The notes below the pieces were generated by a model, which worked only from the letters and a program-made list of their open reading frames with translations, was not told where the DNA came from and made no database searches. The translations under genes and the position numbers were made by a program. Below, in pieces: positions 36,294-49,232 of a DNA stretch of 64,000 bases. Source of the stretch: Octopus bimaculoides. Taxonomy: Eukaryota. Where the stretch lies: contig NC_068983.1 in NCBI RefSeq assembly GCF_001194135.2, forward strand, positions 94,266,672-94,330,671, given 5' to 3'. Within the stretch, counting starts at the first letter, position 1. Every line of letters starts with the position of its first letter.

Positions 36294-36471
36294 CTCCCCT
36301 CACATTGTAAACAACAATAATCACAACATTCAGTTGAACAGTATTATGGATCATCTAAAAACACGATTCAGTACGTTATGCAAATCTTTAAAAGTGCCAG
36401 AGTCTATGTGTAAAAAAGCCATGAACCATTGGGAGGAGTTATGGTTGAATCACCAAAAAGTCTTTCATGAT
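36294..36471 (+). CDS. RB1: RB1 coding exon 2 (178 nt, phase 2 to 0)
   Basis: ctaacag / GAT|GTAAGT; SPHIVNNNNHNIQLNSIMDHLKTRFSTLCKSLKVPESMCKKAMNHWEELWLNHQKVFHD, similar to human RB1 [23 protein letters not shown]. Confidence 0.93.
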
Positions 36472-36539
36472 GTAAGTAAATTTAAAGGTACTTGTATACA
36501 TGTGTAATATTTAGACATCTTTCATTAGGAAATGTCTTT

Positions 36540-36860
36540 TATTTGTTTCAGTCATGCTGGGGCACTGCCTTGAAGTGATTCTAGTCAAACAAATTGACCA
36601 TAGTACTTGTTCTTTTTTAAGTCTGGTACTTATTCTTTTGGTCCCTTTTACTGAGCTACTAAGTTACAACTGGTTGTCAAGTGGTGGGGGAAACAAACAC
36701 AAAGGCACATACACACTTATGCATACACAACAAGCTTCTACAGTTTCTCTCTACCAAATTCACTCACAAGACATTGATTAACCTGAGGGGACACTCGTCC
36801 GATGTGCAACTCAGTGAGACTGAACCTGAAACCACATGGTTGCAAAGCAAGCTTCTTAAT
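36540..36860 (-). mobile_element. SINE family B
   Basis: Colinear with 18265-18658. Confidence 0.7.
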
Positions 36861-37114
36861 CATGTGTATCTTTACATGCATAAACATTCACCTTGCCATC
36901 TGCATACATAACAGCCACACAAGCTAATGAGCGGTTACTCAACTGAATGAAGCAGCTACAAGGCCCTCTACAGATTTCTTAATTCATCTTTAAAATGGTA
37001 ACCATTTGTTTTCAGATAGTATGTTTCATAATAGGGAAGGACTTGGTTCTGCTAGAATCAGTTACCTCTGTAGTATAGGTTTATAGCTATTTAAACAACA
37101 CCCATATCACCATC

Positions 37115-37445
37115 ATCATCATTATCAACATTTAACCTATGCTTTCCATGCTGGCATGGGTTGGATGGCTTGCCAGAAACTGGTAAAGCCAGGGGCTGCA
37201 CCAGATTCCATAGTCTGTCTTGGCTTGGTTTCTACAGCTGGATGCCCTTCCTAACGCCAACCACTTTATAGACTACTAGGTACTTTTTATGTGGCAGCAG
37301 CCCCAGTGCTTTTTATGTGTCTCCAGCATCCACATCAATACTTTTTATGTGACACCTTGGTTTTAGGATCTCAATTCTGTTGTGGTGGGTGAGTCTTCGT
37401 GAGTGCAGCAATGTGCCATATATCTTGGTCCTCTGTCATGGATAC
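37115..37445 (-). mobile_element. RTE 3' UTR copy
   Basis: (CAT)n tail, TTTCCATGCTGGCATGGGTTGGA and GCTGGATGCCCTTCCTAACGCCAACCAC. Confidence 0.75.
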
Positions 37446-38003
37446 TTATTGAAAAGTCAGCAATACAAATATAACAATGAAAATAGCTGACCAAAATATG
37501 TAAAAAAATAAAACTAAAAACAAAACAAATATTGAGTTACGAAAAACAAAAGAAGGGTCTTGTATTTATGGATTCATTTACAAATACTGGTCACAAAACT
37601 GATCCAAAACTCTGCCCCTTGTTTTCCTTCAACAATTACCCATAACACTTCCCTACAATGGATAACAAACAACACTGACAAAAATCTCTTTCTACCTCAC
37701 ATCACTGCGGCTTATGTCTCTACAAATAATATTTCAGAATTTATATCTTTTATATATTACATCTTAATATATGTTATACACATATTAAATCTACTTCATA
37801 CTTAAGAAAAAAAACCCCCATCTTTTATAACATTTATGCAGGAGAACATGATATTACTATGTTGTACAGGTAATGGTATGAAAACTCTGATTGAAAGATG
37901 CAGAAGAGAAATATGTACACTGTACACACACTTGTATTTGCATTTATGAAAAAATAAAAAACAAAACAAAAAAAAATACCTTTTTTATTATTGATAATTT
38001 CAG

Positions 38004-38059
38004 AGTCCAGCTGAAGCATGGTTTGGTTGTGCTCTCTACAAATGTATCATTGATAGCAG
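38004..38059 (+). CDS. RB1: RB1 coding exon 3 (56 nt, phase 0 to 2)
   Basis: tttcag / AG|GTAAGT; SPAEAWFGCALYKCIIDS(R), the pocket-family W..CALY motif. Confidence 0.9.
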
Positions 38060-38236
38060 GTAAGTGTCTCTTATTTCCAAGTACAAAGGAGAAAACACTA
38101 CAGATGATTTAGTTACTTGTTTAAACTAAGCAACATAGCAAATTAACCATATCTGATGGCATAAAAGACATAAAGACATATTAGACTCACCTCAATTTCA
38201 GTAGCACATATTCAGATAGAAGAGTTTTTAGTACAT

Positions 38237-38465
38237 TTAACTCTTTAGCATTTAAACTGGCCAAATCCGGCCAAAATATTCTACCTGTTTTATGTTCAAA
38301 CTGACCAGATCCAACCGTTGCAATCTATCCTACAATGTCATTGTAAGAGTAAAACTGTCACATCATCAAAATTTCAAAGCTATGAGATAATGCGTGACTA
38401 ATTCAAAACAAAGTGAATAAATAAATATTACATTTAACATAATAATTTGAATGCTAAAGGGTTAA
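38237..38465 (+). mobile_element. piggyBac-like MITE, orientation A
   Basis: TTAACTCTTTAGCATT..AATGCTAAAGGGTTAA. Confidence 0.85.
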
Positions 38466-38850
38466 GCATATAATAAGCTGAATTTTGCATATAGGACCCA
38501 GAATAATTTTTTTAGACATTTATTTTAGAAATAAGTGTCTTACATGCATAATTACACTTTAATCTTTTTAATACCAACCTATCTGGAACTGCCTGTTTCC
38601 ATGATACAAACTTTTTGTTTTAAAGTGATCTAAATTAAAACTTTCCTTTAAAAATTCTTATTAACACCAGCTTAATAATGACAGTTATTTCACTAAATTC
38701 TTCATTATTTCCAAAATTAATTGAATCAAGAACAGTGTATCTAAACAGAAACATGATGACAAAAGGCTTAAATGTGTTAACTGGTTGATTTTATATTGTC
38801 AGCTACAAACATAAAAGGTTCTAACTGTTTATATCTATACAATTTTCCAG

Positions 38851-38919
38851 ATCCGGCTATTGTGATTTAGATCCATATGTTTTCACAATCACAGACTTAC
38901 TGAAAGCAGTAGATGTTAA
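38851..38919 (+). CDS. RB1: RB1 coding exon 4 (69 nt, phase 2 to 2)
   Basis: ttccag / AA|GTAAGT; SGYCDLDPYVFTITDLLKAVDV(K), similar to RB1 SFTFTELQKNIEI. Confidence 0.9.
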
Positions 38920-39998
38920 GTAAGTATTTGTATTTTATAGTTTTATCTATTTAAAAAAATATTTCTACTACTTTGTTGTTTTGGCTTTTGTTACTTGGCA
39001 ATTTAATTTTACTATAGTTGTCATTCACCTATAGTATTTGTTCATTGTATGCTTTGCAAAGACAGGCCAATCTAGAAATGTAATGTGTGTAATAAAATTA
39101 GAATGTATTCTTTATTTGCTGTAAATCTGCTTATTTAGTTTACTAAAACTACATTTTCCTTGAAAGTATTTTTGCTAAAATATTTTACTTTGCTGATTTG
39201 TATTTATTTGGCATCTGATTTTATCTGAGATTGTATGTTGGAACCAAAATAATTATATCGCAGTAGATTCATTGTGGACATTAAAATATACATTGTTATG
39301 AACATTATTTTGTGATAATAATATATTAGGAATCAAAGCCATTACACATTTGTCAGCTAGTTTCCTGATATTCTACTTTACCATATGTTTAATTCTATGA
39401 TAGAATGTCTGTGAGTCTTTAACAGATACTATATGAGATGAAGGTTTATTAGAGTTACATCTTAGTTTCATCACTTGAGTACCAAACAATTCTGACTTTC
39501 TCTCCCCATTTTTTTTGCAGATTCCCATGACTCTCTGTCACCATCCAATTCCATTATTATGAATTTGAATTGGGAACTTGAGTCAATAGTGAATCTTTCA
39601 TTTGCTGATTACACAACCATGGATGCCACCCCCAAGGATGTGTTGCAGATACTCTCTTGATAGAGTTTGGTGATCCTGACCATTGATCTTCTAGGATTCC
39701 TCTGCTCAGCATCAATGTAAGAAGTTGAGCACTTCTGCTACTTCTTGACAATCCACCATGCTGTAGTCTCATAATTTCGCCATATCCCTGGCAGGGTGGC
39801 TGAACAGGTGCTATGCCTTGCCAAAGAGCAGCCCATAACTATGCAGGACATGGTTGTCATTTTGTGAGGTATTTTCAAATACCCGCATACCCATTTTACT
39901 TTCTCTTTATTGTTTCCATCTTCATCAAAAGATAGAAAAAAAAATCTTATTTCTTCTTTTCTGCTTTTCCTCTTCAAAATAATGTATTTCTTTTGCAG

Positions 39999-40130
39999 AG
40001 TAAAAGATTTTTTCATGTACATGTCACGTTTACAAGAAGTCCAAAGTTCAAGCCAAGCTGTAAATACTCACTTACAACAGCTAATGAAAAGATATATCAT
40101 CACATCACCCATGTTTGCATTATTCCAAAG
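39999..40130 (+). CDS. RB1: RB1 coding exon 5 (132 nt, phase 2 to 2)
   Basis: ttgcag / AG|GTAGAC; VKDFFMYMSRLQEVQSSSQAVNTHLQQLMKRYIITSPMFALFQ(R), similar to RB1 VHKFF..VDNAMSRLLKKY. Confidence 0.9.
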
Positions 40131-40241
40131 GTAGACGATTTATTTCTTTATTTTCAGAAACTTCTATGAAATCCCAAGTTTAATATCACTTGCAGACTTT
40201 TCAACGAATGGTAATCAGCTGAAATTCTGAAAATGTATCTG

Positions 40242-40468
40242 TTAACCCTTCAACATTCAAATTATTTTGTCAGATGTAGTGCTTTTCATTCACATTGATT
40301 TGAATTAATCATGCATTATCTTGTAGCCTTGAGATCCCAATGATGTGATTGTGTATCTTTAGAATGACATTGTAGAGTATGTGTGAGAGGCCTGATCTGG
40401 TCAGTTTGAACATAAAACAGGTAGAATATTTGGGCTGGATACAGCCGGTTTAAATGCTAAAGGGTTAA
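40242..40468 (-). mobile_element. piggyBac-like MITE, orientation B
   Basis: TTAACCCTTC..AATGCTAAAGGGTTAA. Confidence 0.85.
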
Positions 40469-40726
40469 ATACTTCTAAAGTATCCTTCCACCTTCACTTG
40501 CTTTATCAAAGTAATGTTTTAATGTTAGTTTGTGTTCAAGGGACTCTAAGAAAGTCTACAATTTAATATCTATTCTTTTCTTAGTTTCTTGTTTGTAATG
40601 TAGCTTAAAACAATTTATTTTACTGACACTTTCACAATTTTTGCTACGTATATTTCAATATTCATATTATATAATTATATTTTGATGACATGCCATTGAG
40701 TTTTTCTTATTCTTTATTTTGTACAG

Positions 40727-40768
40727 AATATTTCCTCAAATTTTCAAACAGAACTCTAAGAATATATT
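40727..40768 (+). CDS. RB1: RB1 coding exon 6 (42 nt, phase 2 to 2)
   Basis: gtacag / TT|GTAAGT; IFPQIFKQNSKNI(L); equivalent to the short 39-nt human exon 5. Confidence 0.82.
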
Positions 40769-43198
40769 GTAAGTATATTATTTAACTGGAAATTTTTTTG
40801 TTACTTTCCAGTGTTTCTGGTGTTCTTCAAACAGTTATTATAAGAAACTTTTGGAAGGTAGTGTGGAAGGAAATCTGATTTATAACTAACTGTATAAATG
40901 AGTACGCATAGAAATTACCTTTGGAGATGTTGACAATATGATACTGAACACAATTTGGGATATAAAATAAATTGGTACTGTAGATAATTTTTCATTATAG
41001 AGTATTTTGTAATGCAGACAATTTGTTGCTATACACAACTTTGTACTGTTAAATTGACTCTGAAAACATTTGGGAAATGTAGACAGTTTGGTGTTATGCT
41101 CAATATTGGAATGTTTAGATTTTGGTCAGGTATTATTAACATTTTAGTACTACAGCTAAATTGAAACTACAGATAACTTGTAGGAAAGCCTATATCCCCT
41201 CTCTCTCTTTCGGAGAGGCACAAGCACAGACATATACACACACGGCAGTAAATACATACATATTACATGTGCGTGCATGCACACACACACACACACACAC
41301 ACACTTATGTGTTGTAGACAGTTTTTTTTTTGTTTTGCTTTTGGCATTTTGGTGATGTGGACATTCTTAAATGCAGACAGTTTGGAGATATCGATTTTAA
41401 TTTGTGGTTAAGTCAGCAGGGGAAAGACTGCACTCTTGATTCTTTTGAGACTAGTGGAAAGAAGGAATATAGTTATCCTCAGACCTAGTTTGGATGCTTG
41501 CAACTTAGTGGGTTCTGTTAAAGGCACCCAGTGGTCAAGTGATGGAAATGGATTGAGTCTACCAGTCAAGGATAAGGAAGGTTTCTTCCATGGGTTCCAT
41601 CTAGTTGCAGAGTGAACTTCTTAATTACACACCACTGCCTACACGTAATTAGATCTTGTAGATTATTTGGTTCTATAGCCAATTTGGCAATATAGATAAC
41701 TATTATATGAAAATTGAAAATATTTTTACTACCACACATTTAAGGCAGCTGTTATGTAGTATTCAACATCCACTGTATACCAAGTCAATATGCTTCAGTT
41801 TTAGACAATTATGTGTAACAGTAATGTCTCAATGGACCTCACCATGGATACTTAATGATTTGCCTCTTAGATACACCAGATAGAACAAGAAGCTTTCAAT
41901 TGAAAAGAATACCATGTTCCAGAGTTATCTATATTAGAGCTGCTTATAAGATCTCTCAGCATTGAGGCAGTTCTCGAGACCTTCTTTATTCTGAAATAAC
42001 TTGCCTAACATGATCACAAAGAGCTTAAACTAGACTATCCAGTGTATGTAGTTACTAGTTCATATAAACTTGGTATGAACTAGTATCTATCAGTTGCTGT
42101 TTAAAATCTAGCTGAGTATGTCTGTGTTAGGAATAGAGTTTCTTTTGGTATAGATAATATAAATCAAATGTTGTTAGCTTTGTGACTCACATCAGTACCT
42201 GAAAACATAATCTTTGGAAGTTCTTTGTGTAGATTAAAGAAAAATTCAAGATATCTGTGAGTGAATCTTAAGTAGTAATTTTGCATCAAGTAAAAAATTG
42301 TAAGCATGGTTTGCGGTACATACAATTACTGTATGTACTGTTGTCTTTTTAATTTTTAATATTTAAATAATTAGATTCAGCAGTTGTTAACTGCCTTCAG
42401 AGACATAGCACTGGGTGGTTATAGTTTGCTTACTAGTTGTTGTCAATGTGATACCATTGTTGGCAAATAAATTCCCATTAGGATTCTCAGCAGTAGCACT
42501 TTTAAATTAACGAATGGTCTTTGCTGAACATTTGTCTCATGAAATTCAGCATCTTTCTTTTGCAAATGTGGTAATAGTTCAATCATTTAAAGATATTTTG
42601 GCAAATATCAACCACAAAAATTTATAAATTAAAAAGGCGTCCAATCATTTCATATTAGAGGGTGGAGAAACAACTGATATTTTCTCAATCAAATATTGAT
42701 TTAGAGAAACATCATTCTCTGTAATGGAATTTCCTCAAAATGGTATTGTGTTACTATTAAAGAGACAGTTCTTTCAATTAATGTCTGCATTTCTCAGGCA
42801 ATCTAATGTAATTTTGATCTTCAGGAAAGTTCCTCCTCAGTATTATCTCTTAAGCAAGTATCATCTTCATGTATTACTTTTTTTTTTTTATATATCATTC
42901 CCAAAGTCTTTTCTATTGCACATTGAAAAATGGCAATTTCAGTTCTTATTCCATAAGACTCTTGTATCCAGTTTGGCAAACTAAAAGAAGTGTTAATGTT
43001 GGTGATAGCTTTGAAATCCTCATTTATTTGAATTTGGTGGTAAGCATAATTGAAGTTAAATTTTGAGAAAAATTTCATCCTGGCTAATGAGTGAAAGGCA
43101 GATTCAGTATTAGGGGTTAGAAAAAGTCTGAATGAATCTTGGGATAAAAACTCACCTTGTAGTCACCACAGATATGTAAATCTCCATCTCCTTTTTAT

Positions 43199-43385
43199 AC
43201 AGTTGCAATAGATTTCAAACCCAACCAAGGGTTGGGTTTGAAATTCTACTAGGAAACCTGATGAAGGCTGGAGAGTAAATCAGCCAAAATGTTGTATCAA
43301 CAAACAAGATGAGGACACATATCTGTCCAATGTAAATAATATACAGAATTCCTCATCTCAAAAATATAGAACAGTTGCAATAGAT
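43199..43385 (+). mobile_element. Retrozyme-like small element: ~172-bp unit bounded by a 15-bp direct repeat
   Basis: ACAGTTGCAATAGAT at 43199-43213 and 43371-43385; contains a 15-bp hairpin and a hammerhead motif; no coding capacity. Confidence 0.55.
43253..43298 (+). ncRNA. Degenerate minimal type I hammerhead ribozyme
   Basis: GAAAC-CTGATGA-A-GGCTG-(10 nt)-CAGCC-AAAA-TGTT-GTATC. Perfect 5-bp stem II and 4/5-bp stem I; G12 and C15.2 altered by two CpG-type transitions from CCGAAACGTT. Confidence 0.65.
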
Positions 43386-43899
43386 GTCTATCTGCTACAT
43401 CCAAATGGAACATGCTCTAATATGCGTTCTTGATAATTTTTTGCAACTTCACAACTATTGGAGGTAAAATATGAATTGGTAGTGTTCAGGATTTAAAATA
43501 TGAAAGGTGTATGATTTCAATTAAGTTCTGGCCTTATAAAGTTTAAGCATATCAGTATCTTTAATGTCAGTATTATGTGCTATCATTATTTAGTATATCA
43601 GTTCTGACAAGACCATGACTTACCACTGTCCACTATGGCCAATAATATAATCTCCAATCAAGTGCCTGTTTGTAGGGTTCCCTTCAAAATAGCCCAAGGC
43701 TTTCGGTGCTGATCCATCAAATTGGTGCTTTTGAGATGTTTTGTTTGACTAATGAGTATCCAAAGGTTCACTGGAATTAAGGTAACCTTGCTATCAGTAT
43801 CCACTTGCATATCTAAACTGACACAATTTAATTAAATTAAGTCAGTTACAATTTCCACCTCATATTTGAAATCACTTACACCATTTTTTATATTTCTAT

Positions 43900-44520
43900 T
43901 AATTTCTCATATACAACCGTCTCTGTTGACAACCTTCCACCTCACTACACCAGTTTATTATAAACTTGTTGACTCTAACTCTTCCCTTGACTTCTCTTCC
44001 TTGCATCAATCTCACAGTTCATCTGCCTCTGCAGTGAAGGCCTGTACTTTTGTTGCAAAATTGATGCAAACACATTATTTTTCCTCTCACCTGGTTAAGC
44101 TCAACATGTTGCTGACTCCACTCTTCAACATGCCTATTCTATCAGTTGCACTTCCTCACGTTTGCCATACACCTTCCCTTCCACAGTTCTCTTTCATTTT
44201 GCTACTTGATTACTTCAGTACACCCTCCTTCATAGCTTCTGTTTTCTACTAGCCAACTTCCCTATCTTTCCTGAACCTCCATTCATATCCTTCAAAAGAT
44301 ATGTGACTTTATAGTTAGTAGTTGCCTTACCTGCAGACACATGTAACCTAAAACTTCCAAGTATTCCCAAACTCATTGCCTTACTTGTCCCTTCATCTAT
44401 ACAACTATTTGAGTAGTTGTATAGGCCCCAAATTTTGAGTCAGCATGATCCACCACTTTGACTGTGCCTTAGCTAACTGCATAACTTGCAAGGTCTACAG
44501 TGTATTGTATAACTATATGT
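43900..44520 (-). mobile_element. Degraded RTE-like RT remnant
   Basis: Faint RT-like patches on the minus strand; no intact frame. Confidence 0.35.
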
Positions 44521-45009
44521 ATACACCACAGGTCACTATTTGTGAGATAGGTTTGCTGGATGTTTATAATAATACTCACAGAATTCTCAAACCAATAATC
44601 TGAGACTTTAATTTGCCTGGTCACCCTTTACTTGATTACTTCTCAGTCTATGGTGTTCTCAAACTTACATTCTAAAGAAACATGCAGACATAAGGAGCAG
44701 TGCTTTTATGTTGTGTTTTGATTAACTATGTGTCCATACAACTTTTAATTACACATGATGCTTGATGTTAATTGTTGTATGCAGTTTTTGCATATATTGT
44801 GCATAATACTGTCCACATTACATGTGGCATACAACTGTTCTGGTAGATAATGTATTAATTTATTATTATACTCTTACTATTTATAGTATTATTTTAAACC
44901 TAAAATTATTACTTTAAGTTTGCATTTGCTTGCATTGTGTTATATGCCTCAATTCTGTCCAACCCATGTAGGCATAGAAAAGTGGAAGTTAAAACAATGA
45001 AGGTAATGA

Positions 45010-45066
<57 letters not shown>

Positions 45067-45084
45067 TATAAACTAAAACTGGCA

Positions 45085-45335
45085 CTCCAACAGTTACAAT
45101 GATGAGTATTGCAGTTGATTTGATCAACAGAACAACCTGCTTGCGAAATTAACATGCAAGTGGATGAGCACTCCACAGACATGCATACCCTTAACATAGC
45201 TTTCAGGGAGATTCAACACCACACTGAATGCAACAATGCTGGTCCTTTGAAATACAGGTACAGCTCATTTTTGCCAGCTGAGTGGACTGGAGCAATGTAA
45301 AATAAAGTGTTTTGCTCAAGGACACAACATGCTTC
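45085..45335 (-). mobile_element. tRNA-derived SINE family D
   Basis: Reverse complement of 62650-62900. Confidence 0.75.
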
Positions 45336-46886
45336 ATTTTATTGTTGTACAGCTTGTGCATTCACTGCACATATCAATTGCCTACACTATATACTCTGTT
45401 CCTATGTACTATTTTTTGCAGATAATGCACATTGTTCATCCTTCTATTTTCATTATTTTTCCTCTCTGCTCCCTCCCTACCGCTTGTTTTAGATCACTGT
45501 ACATGTCTGTCTTCCTCAAATCTTAAATTAACATTTTTTTTCCCCCACAGTTCTTAGCACTCCTCAAAATTCATTACTTATTTTCCTCATACTGTCACCT
45601 CCTTGCACACGTCTGTGTAATTCTGCTCTTGCCCTTTTGTCCATCATCCTGCTTGCCTTGTCTTCTCATGCTACACAACTTCACTTGAACCTCATCACAT
45701 CCCATATTTCAATTGACCTGGCTCTTTCTGCTTTTATCAATTCTCCCTCTTATTTTACTTCCTTCCATTTTGCCCCTAATACTTACACTGCCCTTTTTCT
45801 CTCTCCTCACTCCATTTACCGTTCCACATTGCCTTTCACCTCTCCCTTTTCTCATTCACGTGTTTGCAGTTTTAGTATCAGCCTCTATGTTCTTTCTCTC
45901 CAAAGAACGACAAGTGCCTGAAGTATTGAATTTTCTCACTCTTCAGAGCCAATTAACTTTCTGTAAATTTATTTTTCTTTTTAACCATGTCCAATAATAG
46001 ACAACCTATCCTCAGTTTGTTCTATATTTTTCTTTTAAAACCTACTAAGTATTTCTTTCTGTTATACAATTTGCATATCTTGCCAAATGCAGGACACATC
46101 TTTGCAGTTAGAAAATTTCTTCATTTTGGATACATGATAAACATCAGCATTTTTAGGCTCTGCTTTGCAAGAAATAGTCACTCTGTTAAAACATAATATC
46201 ATTTCCTATTTTTGTATGAAATTCATTAATGCATCAAGGGAATATATTTCCAAACTGAAGTAGTTACATCATTCTCAGTCTGATGTCTTATTTATGGCAT
46301 TAATGAGTCTTATTTGTATTATTTATTTATTTTTTAGTATAGGCACAGGCATGGTTGTGTGATAAGGAGCTTGCTTCCTAACCACATGGCTCTGGGTTCA
46401 GTCCCACTGTGTGATAACTTGGGCAAGTGTCTTCTACTATAGCCTCAGAGTGAGGGACCTGATCTGGTCAGTTTGAACATAAAGCAAGGAGAATATTTTG
46501 GTTAGATATGGCTTGTTTAAATGTTAAAGGGAATAAACACTCGAGTATTTTTTGATGATTCGGTACTGTGGACTGTTTTCATCAGTTTTTAAACAATTGA
46601 TATTGTAGACGATTTTGTGATATAGTAATGGAAACTAAGTTTTGTACAGTCAGGCAAACAGGAGGGTCATAATAACAGTTATAGGTCCAGATCTTATGAC
46701 TAAGCACTAACAATCAACATGTCACTTTTTCATCATCATCATCATTTTTTTGTATTGTTATTAATGAAAAAATCAATTGATGGCTTGGTATTGATGGAAT
46801 AAATGTCAGAATGTTAAAAACTTTATATTTGAGTGATCAAATGATTGATAAAACCTCCAGCATAAAAGACTTGGTTTAATATGTCC

Positions 46887-47096
46887 TTAACCCTTTTGTT
46901 ATATTTTTGTCAACATATGCTGTCTTTGTCTCTATTAGCTTTTAAAATAATGAAGTAGTTAGTAAAATAGGCTGGGATCTGGAATAAATTAGTATAAAAT
47001 TTTGATGGAAGATTATAATTCAGACTACTTTAAAACAGTAAGTTTATGTTACAGTACCTAGGGTAGTCTCAGGTGGATTGATATCAAAAGGGTTAG
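46887..47096. mobile_element. Second piggyBac-like MITE family
   Basis: TTAACCCTTTTG..CAAAAGGGTTAG; a related partial copy lies at 38565-38775. Confidence 0.6.
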
Positions 47097-47236
47097 ATTA
47101 TTAAATGTCCACTGGATAGAAGTACTTCCTCTACCTTTAGTCTCAGTAGTAGGATTAACAGTGTTTGGTCATGCATTTAAAGTTGATTAAAAAGACACCA
47201 ACTAATTTTATTGATCTCAGAGAATGGTAATAGAGT

Positions 47237-47464
47237 TTAACCCTTTAGTATTCAGATTAATCTGTTAAATGTTATACTTATTTATTCACATTGTTTTGAT
47301 TTAATCATGCATTATTATATAGATAAAAGATTTTGATCTTGTGGTTGTTTATTTTTAGAATGACATTGTAAGTTAGGTATGGGAGGCTATATCTGGCTGG
47401 TTTGAACATAAAACAGATAGAATATTTGGGCCAGATATTACTGTTTTAAAAGTTAAAGGATTAA
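47237..47464 (-). mobile_element. piggyBac-like MITE, orientation B
   Basis: TTAACCCTTTAG..AAAGGATTAA; body colinear with 35923-36149. Confidence 0.8.
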
Positions 47465-47574
47465 AAAGCAAAGTCAATTCTTGTGGAATTTGAATTTAAG
47501 ACTAAATACAGCAAAGTATTTAATCCAGAACTTTGTTTCTGCTACTCTATAGCTCTTAATAATTTCTTACATTA

Positions 47575-47760
47575 AGGTAGCAGCAAGCTGGCAGTATTTT
47601 GCCCATCTTTACATTCTGAGTTCAAGTTTTGCTGAGGTCATCTTTGCCTTTCATCTCTTTCATTGAGGTTGATAAAATAAGTACCAGTTGAGCTCTGGGG
47701 ATGATGTAATCGACTTACCCCAACCCATGAAATTGCTGGCCTTGTGCCAAAATTTGAAAG
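47575..47760 (+). mobile_element. SINE family C
   Basis: Colinear with 21605-21810. Confidence 0.7.
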
Positions 47761-49158
47761 TAATTTCTTACAATTTCTTACAATTGTCATAGTGGGAACA
47801 GGGTGGGGAGCACAGTTAATTAAATTGATACTAGTTCTTGACTGGTGTATATTTTATTGACCATAGCAGGAGGAATGAAAAAGACAACCTCCGGTAGTAT
47901 TTGAACACAATGCAAAGAAACAACTAAATTCTACTAGGCATTTTGTATGTCACTTTTGATTTTGCTATCCACCAACCTTAAATCTTATTATAGTCCAACC
48001 CATGCTAGCATGGAAAACAAGTTAAATGATGATGACTATGTGTTTATATGCATTTATGTAAGAGAAACTTCCCCTTCATTCACCTTCTTTCAGCAAGTTA
48101 AACTATAGCAATTTTGATGAGTAATAATTTTAAGAAATAAACAAACCTCAACATACCAAAACACAGGACTGAACCAGGGATGTTTAGGTCTTTAATCTTA
48201 TGCTCTTCTGTTTGAACTATTCTCACTATCTGCAAATGGTCTCCTGATTTGAACTGATATATATTTGTTCTAATTAAAATGATAATATTTTAGTAATGTT
48301 ACCTAAACGAAATATATGAAGTAATGTGCAGATGAAATCATTCCAGTGAATTTTTATACAATTTTACATTTTTTTTACATGTTTTAAATTTGTCTGAAAT
48401 CTATAGATCTATATAAGTGATGGAACCAACAGTATTTTTACTAACACTCATCTTAATGCAAAGCACCATCAGGTTTGGTAAATACAGACTACAATTTAGT
48501 TATCACTCAATCTGCTGAAAATAGCAGCCAAAAGTCTTCCAAATTACAATTCTAAATATAGGCTACAGTGACTGATATAATTCTTGATGTATGTATGGCA
48601 AGAATCTCAACTGGAACATCTTTCATCATCATTTTTTTAAGTACAACTGATCTGGAACTACACCATAACACCAAAGTTTACCTTCAGCTCAAAACAGTGG
48701 GCTTTCTGTTGATATGTGAACTGCTAGATATAGCAGCCAAATTTCCCTAAAATTGTGCCATACCATCTTATATTAGAAAAGGATATGTTTGAAAGTGTTG
48801 TCCCATATATGCAAGTGTTGTCCCATATATGGTATCTGTCAGTCATGTAGACTATGGTGAGCATCTAGATCAAGAGCAAATTTTGTAATGACTATGAGTT
48901 CCAATCTTCAATGTACAATCTCGGTCACAGATATTATATAATATATCCTTATTCCAATGATGGACAGAAAACCACTTGGAAGGCAGTTTTCCTATTACAA
49001 TTTGATAATGCTTTAAAACTTTTGATGTTATTTTATTAGTGTGAAGTGTACTATTGCCTATTATTAGATTTGTACATACACACATGCAAGTTATATACAA
49101 ATATTGTTTTGAAGATGGCTGTTTTATTGTTACTCAAAATACAAAACATGTATTTCAG

Positions 49159-49232
49159 AAACCAAAAAGTCAAATCAGACACTGTCCAGTCAAAAATGAA
49201 ATTGTGTTGGATATTGTTTCTCTTATGCAAAA
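49159..49232 (+). CDS. RB1: RB1 coding exon 7 (74 nt, phase 2 to 1)
   Basis: tttcag / A|GTATGT; NQKVKSDTVQSKMKLCWILFLLCK, similar to RB1 LKVSWITFLLAK. Confidence 0.9.

Larger units (their letters stand above)
41930..43870 (-). mobile_element. Degraded Ty3/Gypsy pol (protease, RT, RNase H), interrupted near 43130-43600
   Basis: QVDTDSKVTLIP (protease-like, ~43780); ORF 42821 FSKFNFNYAYHQI..YGIRTEIAIFQCAIEK..IHEDD (RT). Confidence 0.75.

Noticed and set aside
39521-39890. Strong acceptor at 39520 in RB1 intron 4
   Set aside because: Immediate stop in the required phase, no matching donor; sequence looks like TE debris.
40158-40210. Acceptor 27 nt after the exon 5 donor
   Set aside because: The intron would be too short and the phase does not fit the next exon.
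40812-40857. Exon-like stretch (VSGVLQTVIIRNFWK) with slight similarity to exon 13
   Set aside because: Needs a 43-nt intron and breaks phase with exon 7; the similarity is short and probably chance.
46545-46590. Third hammerhead candidate on the minus strand
   Set aside because: GAAT instead of GAAA, and no stem I or II pairing.
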